Below are positions 11,901 to 22,549 of a stretch of 64,000 nucleotides of DNA, piece after piece. How positions within the stretch are numbered: position 1 is the first letter of the stretch; each line of letters starts with the position of its first letter. The notes below the pieces were generated by a model. That model searched no databases. It was not told the DNA's origin and saw only the letters and a program-made list of their open reading frames with translations. The stretch spans positions 6,014,001 through 6,078,000 of the forward strand of contig NEEC01000002.1 of NCBI GenBank assembly GCA_002189035.1. The letters are read 5' to 3'. The stretch comes from Utricularia gibba. Taxonomy: Eukaryota > Plantae > Magnoliophyta. The position numbers were made by a program, and so were the translations under genes.

Positions 11901-14275
11901 CATGCAGATTCTCAATTTGCAATAAAATGTGGTGGCCCCCAGATCACATCATCGAGTGGAATTGTTTATGAAAGAGAAGATGAGGCTCTTGGTCCTGCAA
12001 ACTATTATACAGTCATGAGTAGACGATGGGCAGTTAGCAATGTTGGTTTGCCTGCCGAAAGCAACAGCCCACAGTACCGAACTGTTTCATCTTCACAGTT
12101 CACGAATACTCTAGATTCTAATCTTTTTCAGACCACTAGAATTTCAGCAGGGTCTTTGAGATATTATGGTTTAGGTCTTGAAAACGGTAACTACACAGTG
12201 AGGCTCCAGTTTGCTGAAACAAGAATTCCATCTGGTACAAGGACTTGGTGGAGTGTTGGACGACGTATTTTTAATGTATACATTCAGGTTTGTCTACTGA
12301 CCTAAGCTTTATGTACGTTGCACCATGCCCTAAACATCAAGTCATTCTACATTCAGTTATGCAGCATCGTTCCTCTGAAATTATTTGAAGAGTAATATAT
12401 GTTTCAGGGGAATTTGTTGCTGAGAGATTTTAATATACAAAGAGACGCTGGTGATATTTCGAACCGAGCAGTGGTGAGGCAGTTCAATGTTTCTGTGGTG
12501 AATAATTATATGGAAATCCATCTATTTTGGGCTGGGAAAGGGACGTGTTGTGTTCCAGCACAGGGTGATTATGGACCATCAATCTCAGCTATAAGTGCAA
12601 CCCCAAGTAAGTAAAATTTTCAAGCAAGAGTGTTCCTTGCTATTAAGGTCCATTTTTCAATTATATAGTCATCTATCTTTGTGGGTTGTTCTTGATCAGA
12701 TTTTGTTCCATCCGTTTCGAACATCCCTCCTGGTGGGCAGCAAAATCATACTGGTCTCATTGTTGGGGTTGTTGTTGGAGTTGCTACTGCAAGCTTGCTT
12801 GTCCTTCTTGCAATTCTGTTCGTGCACCAAAAGAGGAAAAGAGATCTAGAGGATCAAGGTAAGGGTGAAAGCCTTAACCTCTGCATCTGTATTTCTGTTG
12901 TTTTATGCCATGACAAGTTTCTGTTCACGTGAACATCCAGAACTACTGGGCATTGATTCCCGGCCTTACACATTTAGTTACTCTGAGCTCAAAAGTGCTA
13001 CAAATGACTTCAATATTGCAAATAAGCTTGGGGAAGGTGGATTCGGTCCAGTTTACAAGGTACTACCTTTTAGTTTTTTGTTTGAGATTAAGAAACATTT
13101 TCAACTGATTGCATATTCCCTAGGGAACTCTTGGAGATGGGAGAAACGTTGCTGTTAAGCAGCTTTCAGTGGCTTCACGTCAGGGAAAGAGCCAGTTTGT
13201 AGCAGAGATAGCCTCTATATCTGCTGTGCAACACCGTAACCTTGTGAAGTTACATGGCTGCTGCATTGAAGGAAATAAACGTTTGCTTGTGTATGAGTTC
13301 CTTGAAAACAGGAGTCTTGATCAAATACTATTTGCAGATGGTAGTAAAGGCTTATACCTGGACTGGGCAGCACGATATGACATATGCTTGGGAATTGCAC
13401 GAGGTTTAACCTATCTCCATGAGGAATCCCGTGTCAGAATTGTTCATAGAGACGTGAAATCGAGCAATATCCTCTTGGACTCGGATCTCACGCCTAAGAT
13501 ATCAGATTTTGGGCTAGCTAGACTGTATGATGACAAGAAAACACACATAAGCACAAGGGTCGCTGGCACAATGTAAGCTTTCTGTTCATGGCATGTCATT
13601 CTTTAGCAAATTTTCATACTTTTTTGTTTGTATAGTGGGTACCTGGCGCCAGAGTATGCTATGCGGGGGCATCTTACTGAAAAAGTAGATGTATTCAGCT
13701 TCGGAGTCGTTGCTATGGAAATCGTCAGTGGGAGGCCTAATTCAGACACAAGCTTGGAAAATGATCGCATGTATCTTCTTGAATGGGTAAGATGCCATGA
13801 TTTTCACCAAAACTGGTGGTCCATTCACTTCTGCACTTCATACACTTAGTTCTTTCCCTGGGCTTCTATACTCCTTTAGGCTTGGAAACTGCATGAAAAC
13901 AATAAGGAATTGGAGCTAGTGGATCCAAGATTGCAAGAGTACAACTCAGAGGAAGTGAGAAGGGTCATTGGTGTGGCTCTGTTATGCACGCAAGCATCTT
14001 TGGCACTGCGTCCACCGATGTCCCGCGTGATGGGAATGCTCTCCTGTGATATTCAGGTGCCTCTGATCACTTCCCGCCCGGGGTATTTGACTGATTGGAA
14101 CCGGGATGATGCGTCTTTCGTCACAAATACAGATACCTCAACATCTAATGCTGGTACCCTGGTTACAAGTTCCAGCACAACTGGAATGAGCACTGTTGAA
14201 TATGATCAACCGATGTTGCCTCATGGCAAAACTGGAGGCGGAAATGATCCCGCATTGTACTCTCTTCCACGATAG
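8902..14275 (+). CDS. LRR-malectin receptor-like Ser/Thr kinase, copy 2 (tandem paralogue); 23 exons
   Basis: Exons 8902-9019, 9329-9506, 9597-9668, 9747-9818, 9988-10059, 10200-10271, 10388-10459, 10558-10629, 10717-10788, 10853-10924, 11033-11104, 11200-11271, 11353-11418, 11492-11557, 11640-11684, 11763-11827, 11908-12287, 12408-12606, 12700-12858, 12941-13059, 13124-13572, 13636-13786, 13880-14275. Same exon phases as copy 1; RD kinase ([14 protein letters not shown]). Confidence 0.95.
10322..10379. repeat. 29-bp imperfect tandem duplication in RLK copy 2 intron 6
   Basis: CCATGTTACTACAATGTTTCTCTTGCATA followed by CCATGTTACTCCAGTGTCTCTCTTGCATT. Confidence 0.8.
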
Positions 14276-15863
14276 TCTGTGAGTGTTCATTGTTACATTT
14301 ACACCCTGCAACATTGATGACAGCAGGCACCATTTGCACACTGAATGAAGCAATCATATATAGTCAAACTACTCAAAATCCCAACAGTATTCTCACTTGA
14401 ATATGTTGGAATTAAAGATCCAATAATTGTGTGATCACATTGAAATTCAAATATATAAAAAATATTAATCATATTAAAAAAATTAGATTCAATCAAATTA
14501 TATATTATCTTTTATACATTTAATTATTTTATTTTCATTTAATGATATGAGATTGTTTGTTCTAATATTTATCCTTAAGTCAAATTGGTTTTTGATGTTT
14601 ATGACTTGTTTTCTTTCTTTTTTTATATAATTTTAGTTAGTGTTTATATCACTGATTGATCTAGTTTTATCATCTAAATTTAATGCATTTTATTATTTTT
14701 TTAACCTTACTCAAGATCAATATAATAGGACCACTCAAGTCATATCGTAAGTCAAACAATCTTATACCATATTGAAATTAAAGATGTAATATGACATCCA
14801 TGAAATTGAGCAACTTCACATGTGCTAGTCAGATCCATTAAATTATTAATTTCAATATTGCATTAAAGTATTTATTGTTCGACACAACTTGTGTGGCCAA
14901 GATGTATTGGTTAAAAAAAAACAAGAAAATACATTGGATTTATAATGATAGATATTAGATTTATCAATGATCTTAACACTATCTACAATCATAAAAAAAT
15001 AAACTTTTATCGAATCAAATATCAACTCTACTTGAGGGTGAATATTATAACAACAATTTCAATTAGAAAATGAAAGTGAAATATTAAAGCACATAAAAGA
15101 AATTATAAATTATTAATAATTAATTGAATCTATTTTTTTAATATAATTTATATTTTTATGTAATTGAACTGCAATTGATCGACCTATATCTTTAATTTCA
15201 ATAGAATTCATTAACAATGTTTCAGGATACTCATTCTTCATTGAGATAATGCTTTTCCTCAAATCCCAAAGACAATAACACTCTAGGTTTGTCTCACATC
15301 AACTATACACAGTAAATGTGAATGACTTGTACCATGAATCTTTTAGAAATGAAAACTGTGGGTTGAATCGTGAGCTCTTTGAAACTCAAAAGGAATAGTA
15401 TTGACTCTAGAGTATAGTTTGAGCTTTTTGGAGACGTCCCATCTGTGATGGGGGTGCTGGATGATCTGTGGGTTTACTGAACTTGGGTTTGCATGAATGC
15501 AGCAGTTGGTGTTCATTTCATGTAGCACACGGATTTTGAGTAAGAAGCACATAACAATGGGAGCTTCAAGTGATCTTCTAAATGCAGTTTGTGCAGGTTG
15601 GAGGTACCTGACAGTGAGCGCCTCTTGTTAGAAAAAGCGGTTACTTGAGCATGTGATTTTGTTTCTTGTTTCTACTTTTTCTGTACCTGATGCCTCCTTT
15701 TGGAAGTTTTCTTATATTCCTACCCATTTTATACTCCATTCACGGAACCTTGATTCCCTCCTCATCAGGCTTTAGACGAACAACAAATATTCTTATGCAT
15801 GTTTCTTTTCATTAAAATCAAGGCAATGTAAGGCACAGGCACCCCTCATCATCTTCTTCACAG

Positions 15864-16878
15864 ATGAGAAAGAAATCCAAGATTTCCACAGCACTCGGAA
15901 TGCACTCCAGATTGGCTCCTCTCTTCATTCTCTTCCTCTTCCTTTCAGGTGAGTGGCTTGTTTGTTTCATAAGATGGGAGTCCTGTTGATGTTGACGCGT
16001 TCTGCATTCAGATGCAGAAAGGATGCTGCTGGAAGCAGTTCCAGAGGACAATTCACAACGCCAGGACTGGTTTCCAGGTAAAATGGTGAGCATCCAGAGG
16101 CAAACAGCGCCGGGAAATGTTCCGGTGGTGAATCCCACCATTCCCGGCACAACGCCGGCTGCAAATCCAAACACCCCATCTGGAAGAGCGTGGTGCATCG
16201 CCAGTTCTAATGCTTCTCCGACTGCACTGCAAGTAGCTCTGGACTATGCCTGCGGCTATGGAGGAGCAGACTGCTCTGCAATTCAACCAGCTGGCCCTTG
16301 CTATGATCCCAACACAGTTCGCGACCATGCTTCCTACGCCTTCAACAGCTATTACCAGAGGAACCCAGTCCCCACAAGCTGCGCATTTGGAGGAACAGCC
16401 CAGCTTTCCAACACTGATCCAAGTAACCATCTTTCTCATTCTGGTAGCAGCAGATTTTCGTCTGCTAATCATGTTTCACTGAATCCCACAGGTTATGGTA
16501 ACTGCAGATTTGCATCCCCTACAAACACCCTTCCCAATCCACCAGCAAACACAGTTCCAAATCCAAATCCAAATCCAAATCCAAATCCAAATCCAAATCC
16601 AGTAAACACAATGCCGACGATCCCAATGACACCCCAAGGTGAGTTTTGATGATGCAGTCAGAGTTCGTTCTTGGGGACACTCAATGAAAACTAGTGTTAT
16701 CTTCCATCACAGCACAACAACCATCCCTTACAGCCCCGGAGGATCCGGCTCGGAACCAGGAGGATATGACTACGGGAACGAACCGCCCAGCTCCGGGCAG
16801 TCCAGACCACACAGGGTGCTGCTCATCGCCATCAGCAGCCTCCTCGCATCAGCACTTATAGGAGCTCATCACTTCTAG
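15864..16878 (+). CDS. X8/CBM43 domain protein, PLASMODESMATA CALLOSE-BINDING-like, probably GPI-anchored
   Basis: Signal-peptide exon 15864 (or 15900)-15948; exon 16012-16422 with WCIA...ALDYACG...ADCSAIQ...CYDPNT...HASYAFNSYYQ...C...TDP; exon 16492-16638 (SYGNCRF plus PN repeat); last exon about 16713-16878 ending in hydrophobic VLLIAISSLLASALIG. The phase of the last junction is problematic (see findings). Confidence 0.85.
16557..16601 (+). repeat. Coding (CCAAAT)7 hexamer repeat encoding (Pro-Asn)7-Pro
   Basis: Seven exact CCAAAT units plus CCA in X8 exon 3. Confidence 0.95.
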
Positions 16879-17659
16879 AAACCTGGTGCCCAAATGCCTG
16901 TTCGCAGACGAGATAGCAACCACCTGCAAGCTATGGAAAACCGTGTGGCAGGAAGAATACTTCATGCAGCAACGCGCACTCGTGCAGGTGAAAAAGAAGG
17001 AGAGGAGATTGAGGGGAGTTACCGAAGCCTTGCTCAAGGAACTAACAGCTAGATTTTTTGAATTGAAGTAATACAGAAAATACTTGATGCCTCATTAGGC
17101 ATAAATTTTAATACTTGACTATAAACTTATATCATTTGATTTCTGCAGAAAAGATCATTACCATTATGTTCTAGAACTTGAAGAATGTAATAAATAGCTT
17201 TGTGTTTTTAAAATCATGGATTCGATTTAGAGTTGATTAGATTCAATCTAAATCTATAAATAAAACAAAAAAATGAATTTAACGTATTTAAATGATAGTT
17301 TTTTATTTTTTATTATTATTTTTTTCAATTCAATATAAAAAATAATTAAATAAAGTTTATAATTGAATCCAAAATAACTTGAATAAATTTTAAAACGCGA
17401 ACCCAAAATTCCATAAATGCTCTAATTTTTATTTTATTAAAAATATATTTTAAAATATTTTTCAAGAAATAGAATCAAAAGAGGCTTAATCCAAAATTAC
17501 GATTGTATTAAACTTGGGCCATTGTCCAATTTAATTACTAAAAGGTAATATTAAATATTATTTAGTCTCAATATAAATATAAAAATTATTTAAAGAAGCA
17601 TGAGAATGAAATTTAATGGGTGGCCCTTGGAAAAATATAAATTTATTTTGATGCCCTTG

Positions 17660-17668
17660 CTAGGGTTT
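17660..17668 (-). promoter_or_regulatory. Telo-box (AAACCCTAG) upstream of eEF2, with a site II motif TGGGCC at 17515-17520
   Basis: CTAGGGTTT on + strand. Telo-box plus site II is the established promoter module of plant translation-machinery genes. Confidence 0.6.
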
Positions 17669-18389
17669 GCTCGCTCCTCACGCTTTATATCCATTTGCAG
17701 GAGTGTTTACCTCAGACTGCTGCGCTGCCTCCAAGGTCGCCGCCGCTCTTCCGCTCTCTCAGTTTCTCTGCGATCGTGTTTTGCTTGCGATTTGTAGTAT
17801 TAGGGATATTGTCTTTGTGATTCCTATGTGTCTTAGGTGCCCTGCTGAAATCGTTTGATGTGGAATTAGAATTTCGTGTTATTCTGAATTATATTCCTTG
17901 AATGCTTTTCTACCTTCGGTCTATTCATCTGTTGGTCTTCTTCCGCGGTCATCGATCTTCATTTTTGAAATCTGATTGGAGTGCTTTCTTGGTTCAGCCT
18001 GATTCGGGAGCATGTTCGTCCTGTAGGTTTCCGAGCGATAAAGTGTCGAACTTGCCTCCGATATATATCCATTTTTATTCATTTAAGTACTGTGTTTTGT
18101 TTACCCATTTCATGTTATTCAGATAATGCAAAAGCAACAAACTTTGAGCCTTCGTTGAATACATGACATGATTTATGAAACTGGAGTTTCAGTTCGATGC
18201 TGTTAACTTATGTAGAGTTTCGATTTAAAAGGGTTTTTCGGAATCTGTTTTTTTTTCTGTTTTTGTTGTAAATGTTGGCGAATATACACAGAAGGCACAC
18301 TTATCGTCTTCATTGTTCTTGTGACAGGTTCATCTGAGAGAGCACCTTCATATAAAGCAGTGCCTAGCATTTGAAATAAATCTGAAAAG

Positions 18390-21082
18390 ATGGTTAGTAC
18401 AGAACATTGTTATTAGTGAGGAAACTAGCATGCTTATTTTTTCAGTGCTGATGATTATGCTTCATTATTACAGGTGAAGTTTACAGCAGATGAGCTCCGT
18501 AGAATTATGGACCTGAAGCATAACATCCGCAACATGTCTGTCATTGCCCATGTTGATCATGGTAGGAGGACGCAGTTTAAATGTAGTTTGATTTCATATG
18601 AATACCTGAGTTGTTTAATCAATTTTCTTTTCATCCACTTGCAGGGAAGTCAACGTTGACGGATTCTCTTGTTGCTGCTGCGGGTATTATTGCCCAAGAA
18701 GTTGCTGGTGATGTCAGAATGACAGATACCCGAGCTGATGAGGCTGAGCGTGGTATCACTATTAAGTCTACTGGTATCTCCCTGTATTATGAAATGTCTG
18801 ATGAATCTCTTAAGAACTACAAGGGGGAGCGACAAGGAAATGAGTACCTCATCAATCTCATTGATTCTCCTGGGCATGTGGACTTCTCATCTGAAGTGAC
18901 AGCTGCTCTTCGTATTACTGATGGTGCGCTTGTTGTTGTGGATTGTGTAGAGGGCGTGTGTGTTCAAACAGAAACTGTCCTGCGACAAGCTCTTGGAGAG
19001 AGGATTAGACCAGTTTTGACCGTCAATAAGATGGACAGATGTTTCCTCGAGCTGCAAGTTGAAGGAGAAGAGGCTTACCAAACATTTCAGAGGGTTATTG
19101 AGAATGCCAATGTCATCATGGCCACATACGAAGATCCTCTCCTTGGTGATGTTATGGTCTACCCGAAAAGGGCACTGTTGCCTTTTCTGCCGGTTTGCAT
19201 GGCTGGGCATTTACCCTGACAAACTTTGCCAAAATGTACGCTTCCAAATTTGGTGTGGATGAGGGGAAGATGATGGAGAGGCTGTGGGGAGAGAATTTCT
19301 TTGACCCAGCGACTAAGAAGTGGACTACGAAAAATTCTGGATCCCCTACATGCAAACGTGGTTTCGTGCAGTTCTGCTATGAGCCTATCAAGCAGATCAT
19401 TAATACATGCATGAATGACCAGAAAGAAAAATTGTGGCCCATGCTGCAGAAGCTTGGCGTGACAATGAAATCAGAAGAAAAGGAATTGATGGGAAAGCCC
19501 TGATGAAGCGTGTGATGCAGACCTGGCTTCCTGCTAGCAGTGCTCTGCTGGAAATGATGATATTCCATCTTCCTTCACCTGCAAAGGCCCAAAAGTATCG
19601 TGTGGAGAACTTGTACGAGGGACCCCTTGACGATATGTATGCAAATGCTATCAGGAATTGTGATCCTGAGGGGCCGCTCATGCTTTATGTCTCCAAGATG
19701 ATTCCAGCCTCTGACAAGGGTAGGTTCTATGCATTTGGGCGTGTATTTTCTGGAAAAGTCTCCACAGGTTTGAAGGTCAGAATCATGGGTCCCAATTATG
19801 TCCCGGAGAGAAGAAAGACTTGTATGTGAAGAGTGTGCAGCGAACTGTCATTTGGATGGGAAAGAAACAAGAAACCGTGGAGGATGTCCCCTGCGGAAAC
19901 ACTGTTGCCATGGTTGGCTTGGATCAATTCATCACAAAGAATGCTACACTCACCAATGAGAAGGAAGTGGACGCACATCCTATTCGAGCAATGAAGTTTT
20001 CTGTCTCACCAGTCGTGCGTGTGGCTGTGCAATGCAAAGTTGCCTCTGATCTACCAAAGCTTGTTGAAGGACTCAAGCGTTTGGCCAAATCTGATCCCAT
20101 GGTCGTCTGTAGTATTGAGGAGTCTGGTGAGCACATTATTGCTGGTGCTGGGGAACTTCACCTTGAGATCTGCCTCAAGGACTTGCAGGACGACTTCATG
20201 GGTGGTGCTGAGATTGTGAAATCTGATCCAGTGGTGTCCTTCCGTGAGACAGTACTCGAAAGATCATCTCGCACTGTCATGAGCAAATCTCCCAACAAGC
20301 ACAATCGTCTGTACATGGAAGCAAGACCACTGGAAGATGGACTCGCTGAAGCTATTGATGATGGGCGTATTGGCCCAAGGGATGACCCCAAGGTTCGTTC
20401 TAAAATCTTATCTGAAGAGTTCGGCTGGGACAAGGAGCTTGCCAAGAAAATTTGGTGCTTTGGTCCTGAAACAATCGGTCCCAACATGGTCGTCGATATG
20501 TGCAAGGGAGTTCAATATCTCAACGAAATCAAGGACTCTGTTGTTGCTGGTTTCCAGTGGGCTTCAAAGGAAGGGCCATTGGCTGAAGAAAACATGAGGG
20601 GCATCTGCTTTGAAGTCTGTGACGTTGTTCTCCATGCTGATGCCATTCACAGAGGCGGTGGCCAAGTCATTCCCACAGCAAGAAGAGTCGTCTATGCCTC
20701 TCATCTCACTGCAAAGCCTCGTCTCCTGGAACCCGTATACCTTGTTGAGATCCAGGCTCCGGAGCAGGCTCTTGGTGGTATTTACAGTGTGCTGAATCAG
20801 AAACGTGGCCATGTGTTCGAAGAAATGCAGAGGCCTGGTACCCCTCTCTACAACATCAAAGCCTACCTGCCTGTCATCGAGTCCTTTGGTTTCTCAAGCA
20901 CTCTGCGCGCTGCGACATCCGGACAAGCCTTCCCTCAGTGCGTGTTCGATCACTGGGACATGATGTCCTCCGACCCACTTGAGGCCGGCTCTCAGGCGTC
21001 TACTCTGGTGGCTGATATTCGTAAGAGGAAGGGCTTGAAGGAGCAAATGACACCACTCTCGGATTACGAAGACAAGCTGTGA
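18390..21082 (+). CDS. EF2: Eukaryotic elongation factor 2; three apparent -1 frameshifts (about 19165, 19497, 19805)
   Basis: ATG-only coding exon 18390-18392, exon 18474-18561 ([10 protein letters not shown]...AHVDHG), long exon 18645-21082 with [16 protein letters not shown], diphthamide motif [15 protein letters not shown] and C-terminal YEDKL. ORF track is split into four pieces at three single-G gaps. A 5'UTR intron is likely upstream. Confidence 0.95.
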
Positions 21083-21710
21083 GACATGAAATTGGTTTCT
21101 TTCTGGAATTTGAGTCCTGCGCCGTTTGTTAAGTTTTTAATGGCTTCAACACCTGAACCATCGTGTTATCCCTGTGCCCAACTCTTTCTATTCATCCGTT
21201 GTATTCCCTGTTGAGTGTAACGAAGGATAATCGCTTTTTGTTTGATCTCACTCCTGTTTCCCACATCGATACAAAAGGAGTGCTGAACAGCATGCAATGC
21301 ACATTAGCTGATTTCCAGCTTCTGGGGTGGCTTTATTTTGTTTCTTTGATCCCTCATCACTACAAGATTTGATCTTTCTAGGTTCATCTGCATCATAGTC
21401 ACTTGTCTGTCCAATGCAGTCGGTTTACCTCGTACTGCAGCACTGGAACAAATACCGGAGTTGAGAGAATGCGATTCGGGATTGACTGGTTGATGATCCC
21501 GTTACTTTCGTAGAGCTCAACGTGAATGGAGACTGAAAATGGCAGATTGGCCATGTTCTCAATGTCCCATTACATCTTAACAGTCCAGTTGCGAGTAACG
21601 CTCGGCGAATCAGTACAAAAATCTCGTATTGCTTTCGAGAATTTTTTTTTACTAGGACACAGACGATGAAATTGTACAAGTAGCTGCATTAACACAGCGG
21701 AGACTCTGTT

Positions 21711-21995
21711 CTATCCACCCAGTGCCCATCTACTTTGATCACCGGAGCCCTGTAACTTGTCTGCTTTTTCAGCGGCGGAGAAGAGGTGATCGGGCTGGGA
21801 TTCAGCTCCCCTGCCCTCTTTTTGTTGCTGCCCGCTGATTTTTCCCGCGGCGGAGAATAAATCCACCGTGCCGGACTCGGCGATCTTGCCACTCTCAAGA
21901 GGGTCGCCGCCTATATACGCCACTCTCAAGACTTCGTCCTCCGACAACTTCGCCTGAGCTGCACCGTACTTGATGTCATCTTTGCTCTTCGCCAT
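21711..21995 (-). CDS. SMP1: Seed maturation protein 1-like small LEA (At3g12960-like), 94 aa, intronless
   Basis: N-terminus MAKSKDDIKYGAAQAKLSEDEVLRVAY...PLESGKIAES...LFSAA matches the SMP1 family as recalled; ABRE/CE3 elements lie upstream. Confidence 0.85.
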   Translation of the reverse strand: MAKSKDDIKYGAAQAKLSEDEVLRVAYIGGDPLESGKIAESGTVDLFSAAGKISGQQQKEGRGAESQPDHLFSAAEKADKLQGSGDQSRWALGG

Positions 21996-22082
21996 TCTCC
22001 AAAGTTGCTGAACGCCTTTTGCCTCCCTCCCGCTCGCTTATAAGGATACGCCGGCGGCAACATTTTCACCCCCCAGAATGGG

Positions 22083-22111
22083 ACGCGTGTCCCTAATTCG
22101 CTGACACGTGG
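22083..22111 (-). promoter_or_regulatory. ABA-response complex: CE3-like ACGCGTGTCC (22083-22092) plus ABRE/G-box CCACGTGTC (22103-22111); TATA-like TTATAA at 22039-22044
   Basis: Motifs read directly, about 90-115 bp upstream of the SMP1 ATG. Confidence 0.7.
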
Positions 22112-22249
22112 AATGAAACGGCGAGGGACGGTTATTTTAAGATCGAAATAATATAAATATTATATACAAAATAATTTACTAAAATTAAATAAATTCATTT
22201 TCTAATTCATAAACAAATTCATTTCTTTTGTAAACGAGTCGTACTGCAG

Positions 22250-22316
22250 AGCCCAATAATAAAAAAGGCCTAGGGCGAATTAGCCCATCAGGTAGGCCCA
22301 TAACGGAAAGGGCCCA
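22250..22316. promoter_or_regulatory. Cluster of four site II (TGGGCY) motifs in the divergent promoter
   Basis: AGCCCA 22250 and 22282, GGCCCA 22295 and 22311. Confidence 0.6.
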
Positions 22317-22549
22317 TGACCCGATGGACCGAGCCTGAATTTACCCATTTGAATTTGCGGGGTCCAGTTGCCAACCCAAGAATGATGAACAGCTGCGACT
22401 CAGTGAGGACTACCGCACACGATTAATTCACAATGTTATTATAAGCATTCGTCACCCTGGAGCTTGCTTGGCGACGGACGCCGTTTTCCCTTCCCGTTGA
22501 TTGCACAGCAGCGCACGTATTTCTCAGATTGGTTTCTTGCTTGCCGGAA

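Noticed and set aside
15343-15800. GC-balanced stretch upstream of the X8 gene as a gene remnant
   Set aside because: Only short frames with no recognisable motifs; consistent with promoter or UTR sequence.
19160-19810. Programmed ribosomal frameshifting or editing in eEF2
   Set aside because: No slippery heptamers or consistent stimulatory structure. All three sites are fixed by one G in a G run, and similar -1 gaps occur in unrelated neighbouring genes.
21490-21540. C/D-box snoRNA-like TGATGA...CTGA
   Set aside because: Span is only about 45 nt, the C box lacks the leading purine, and there is no terminal stem.
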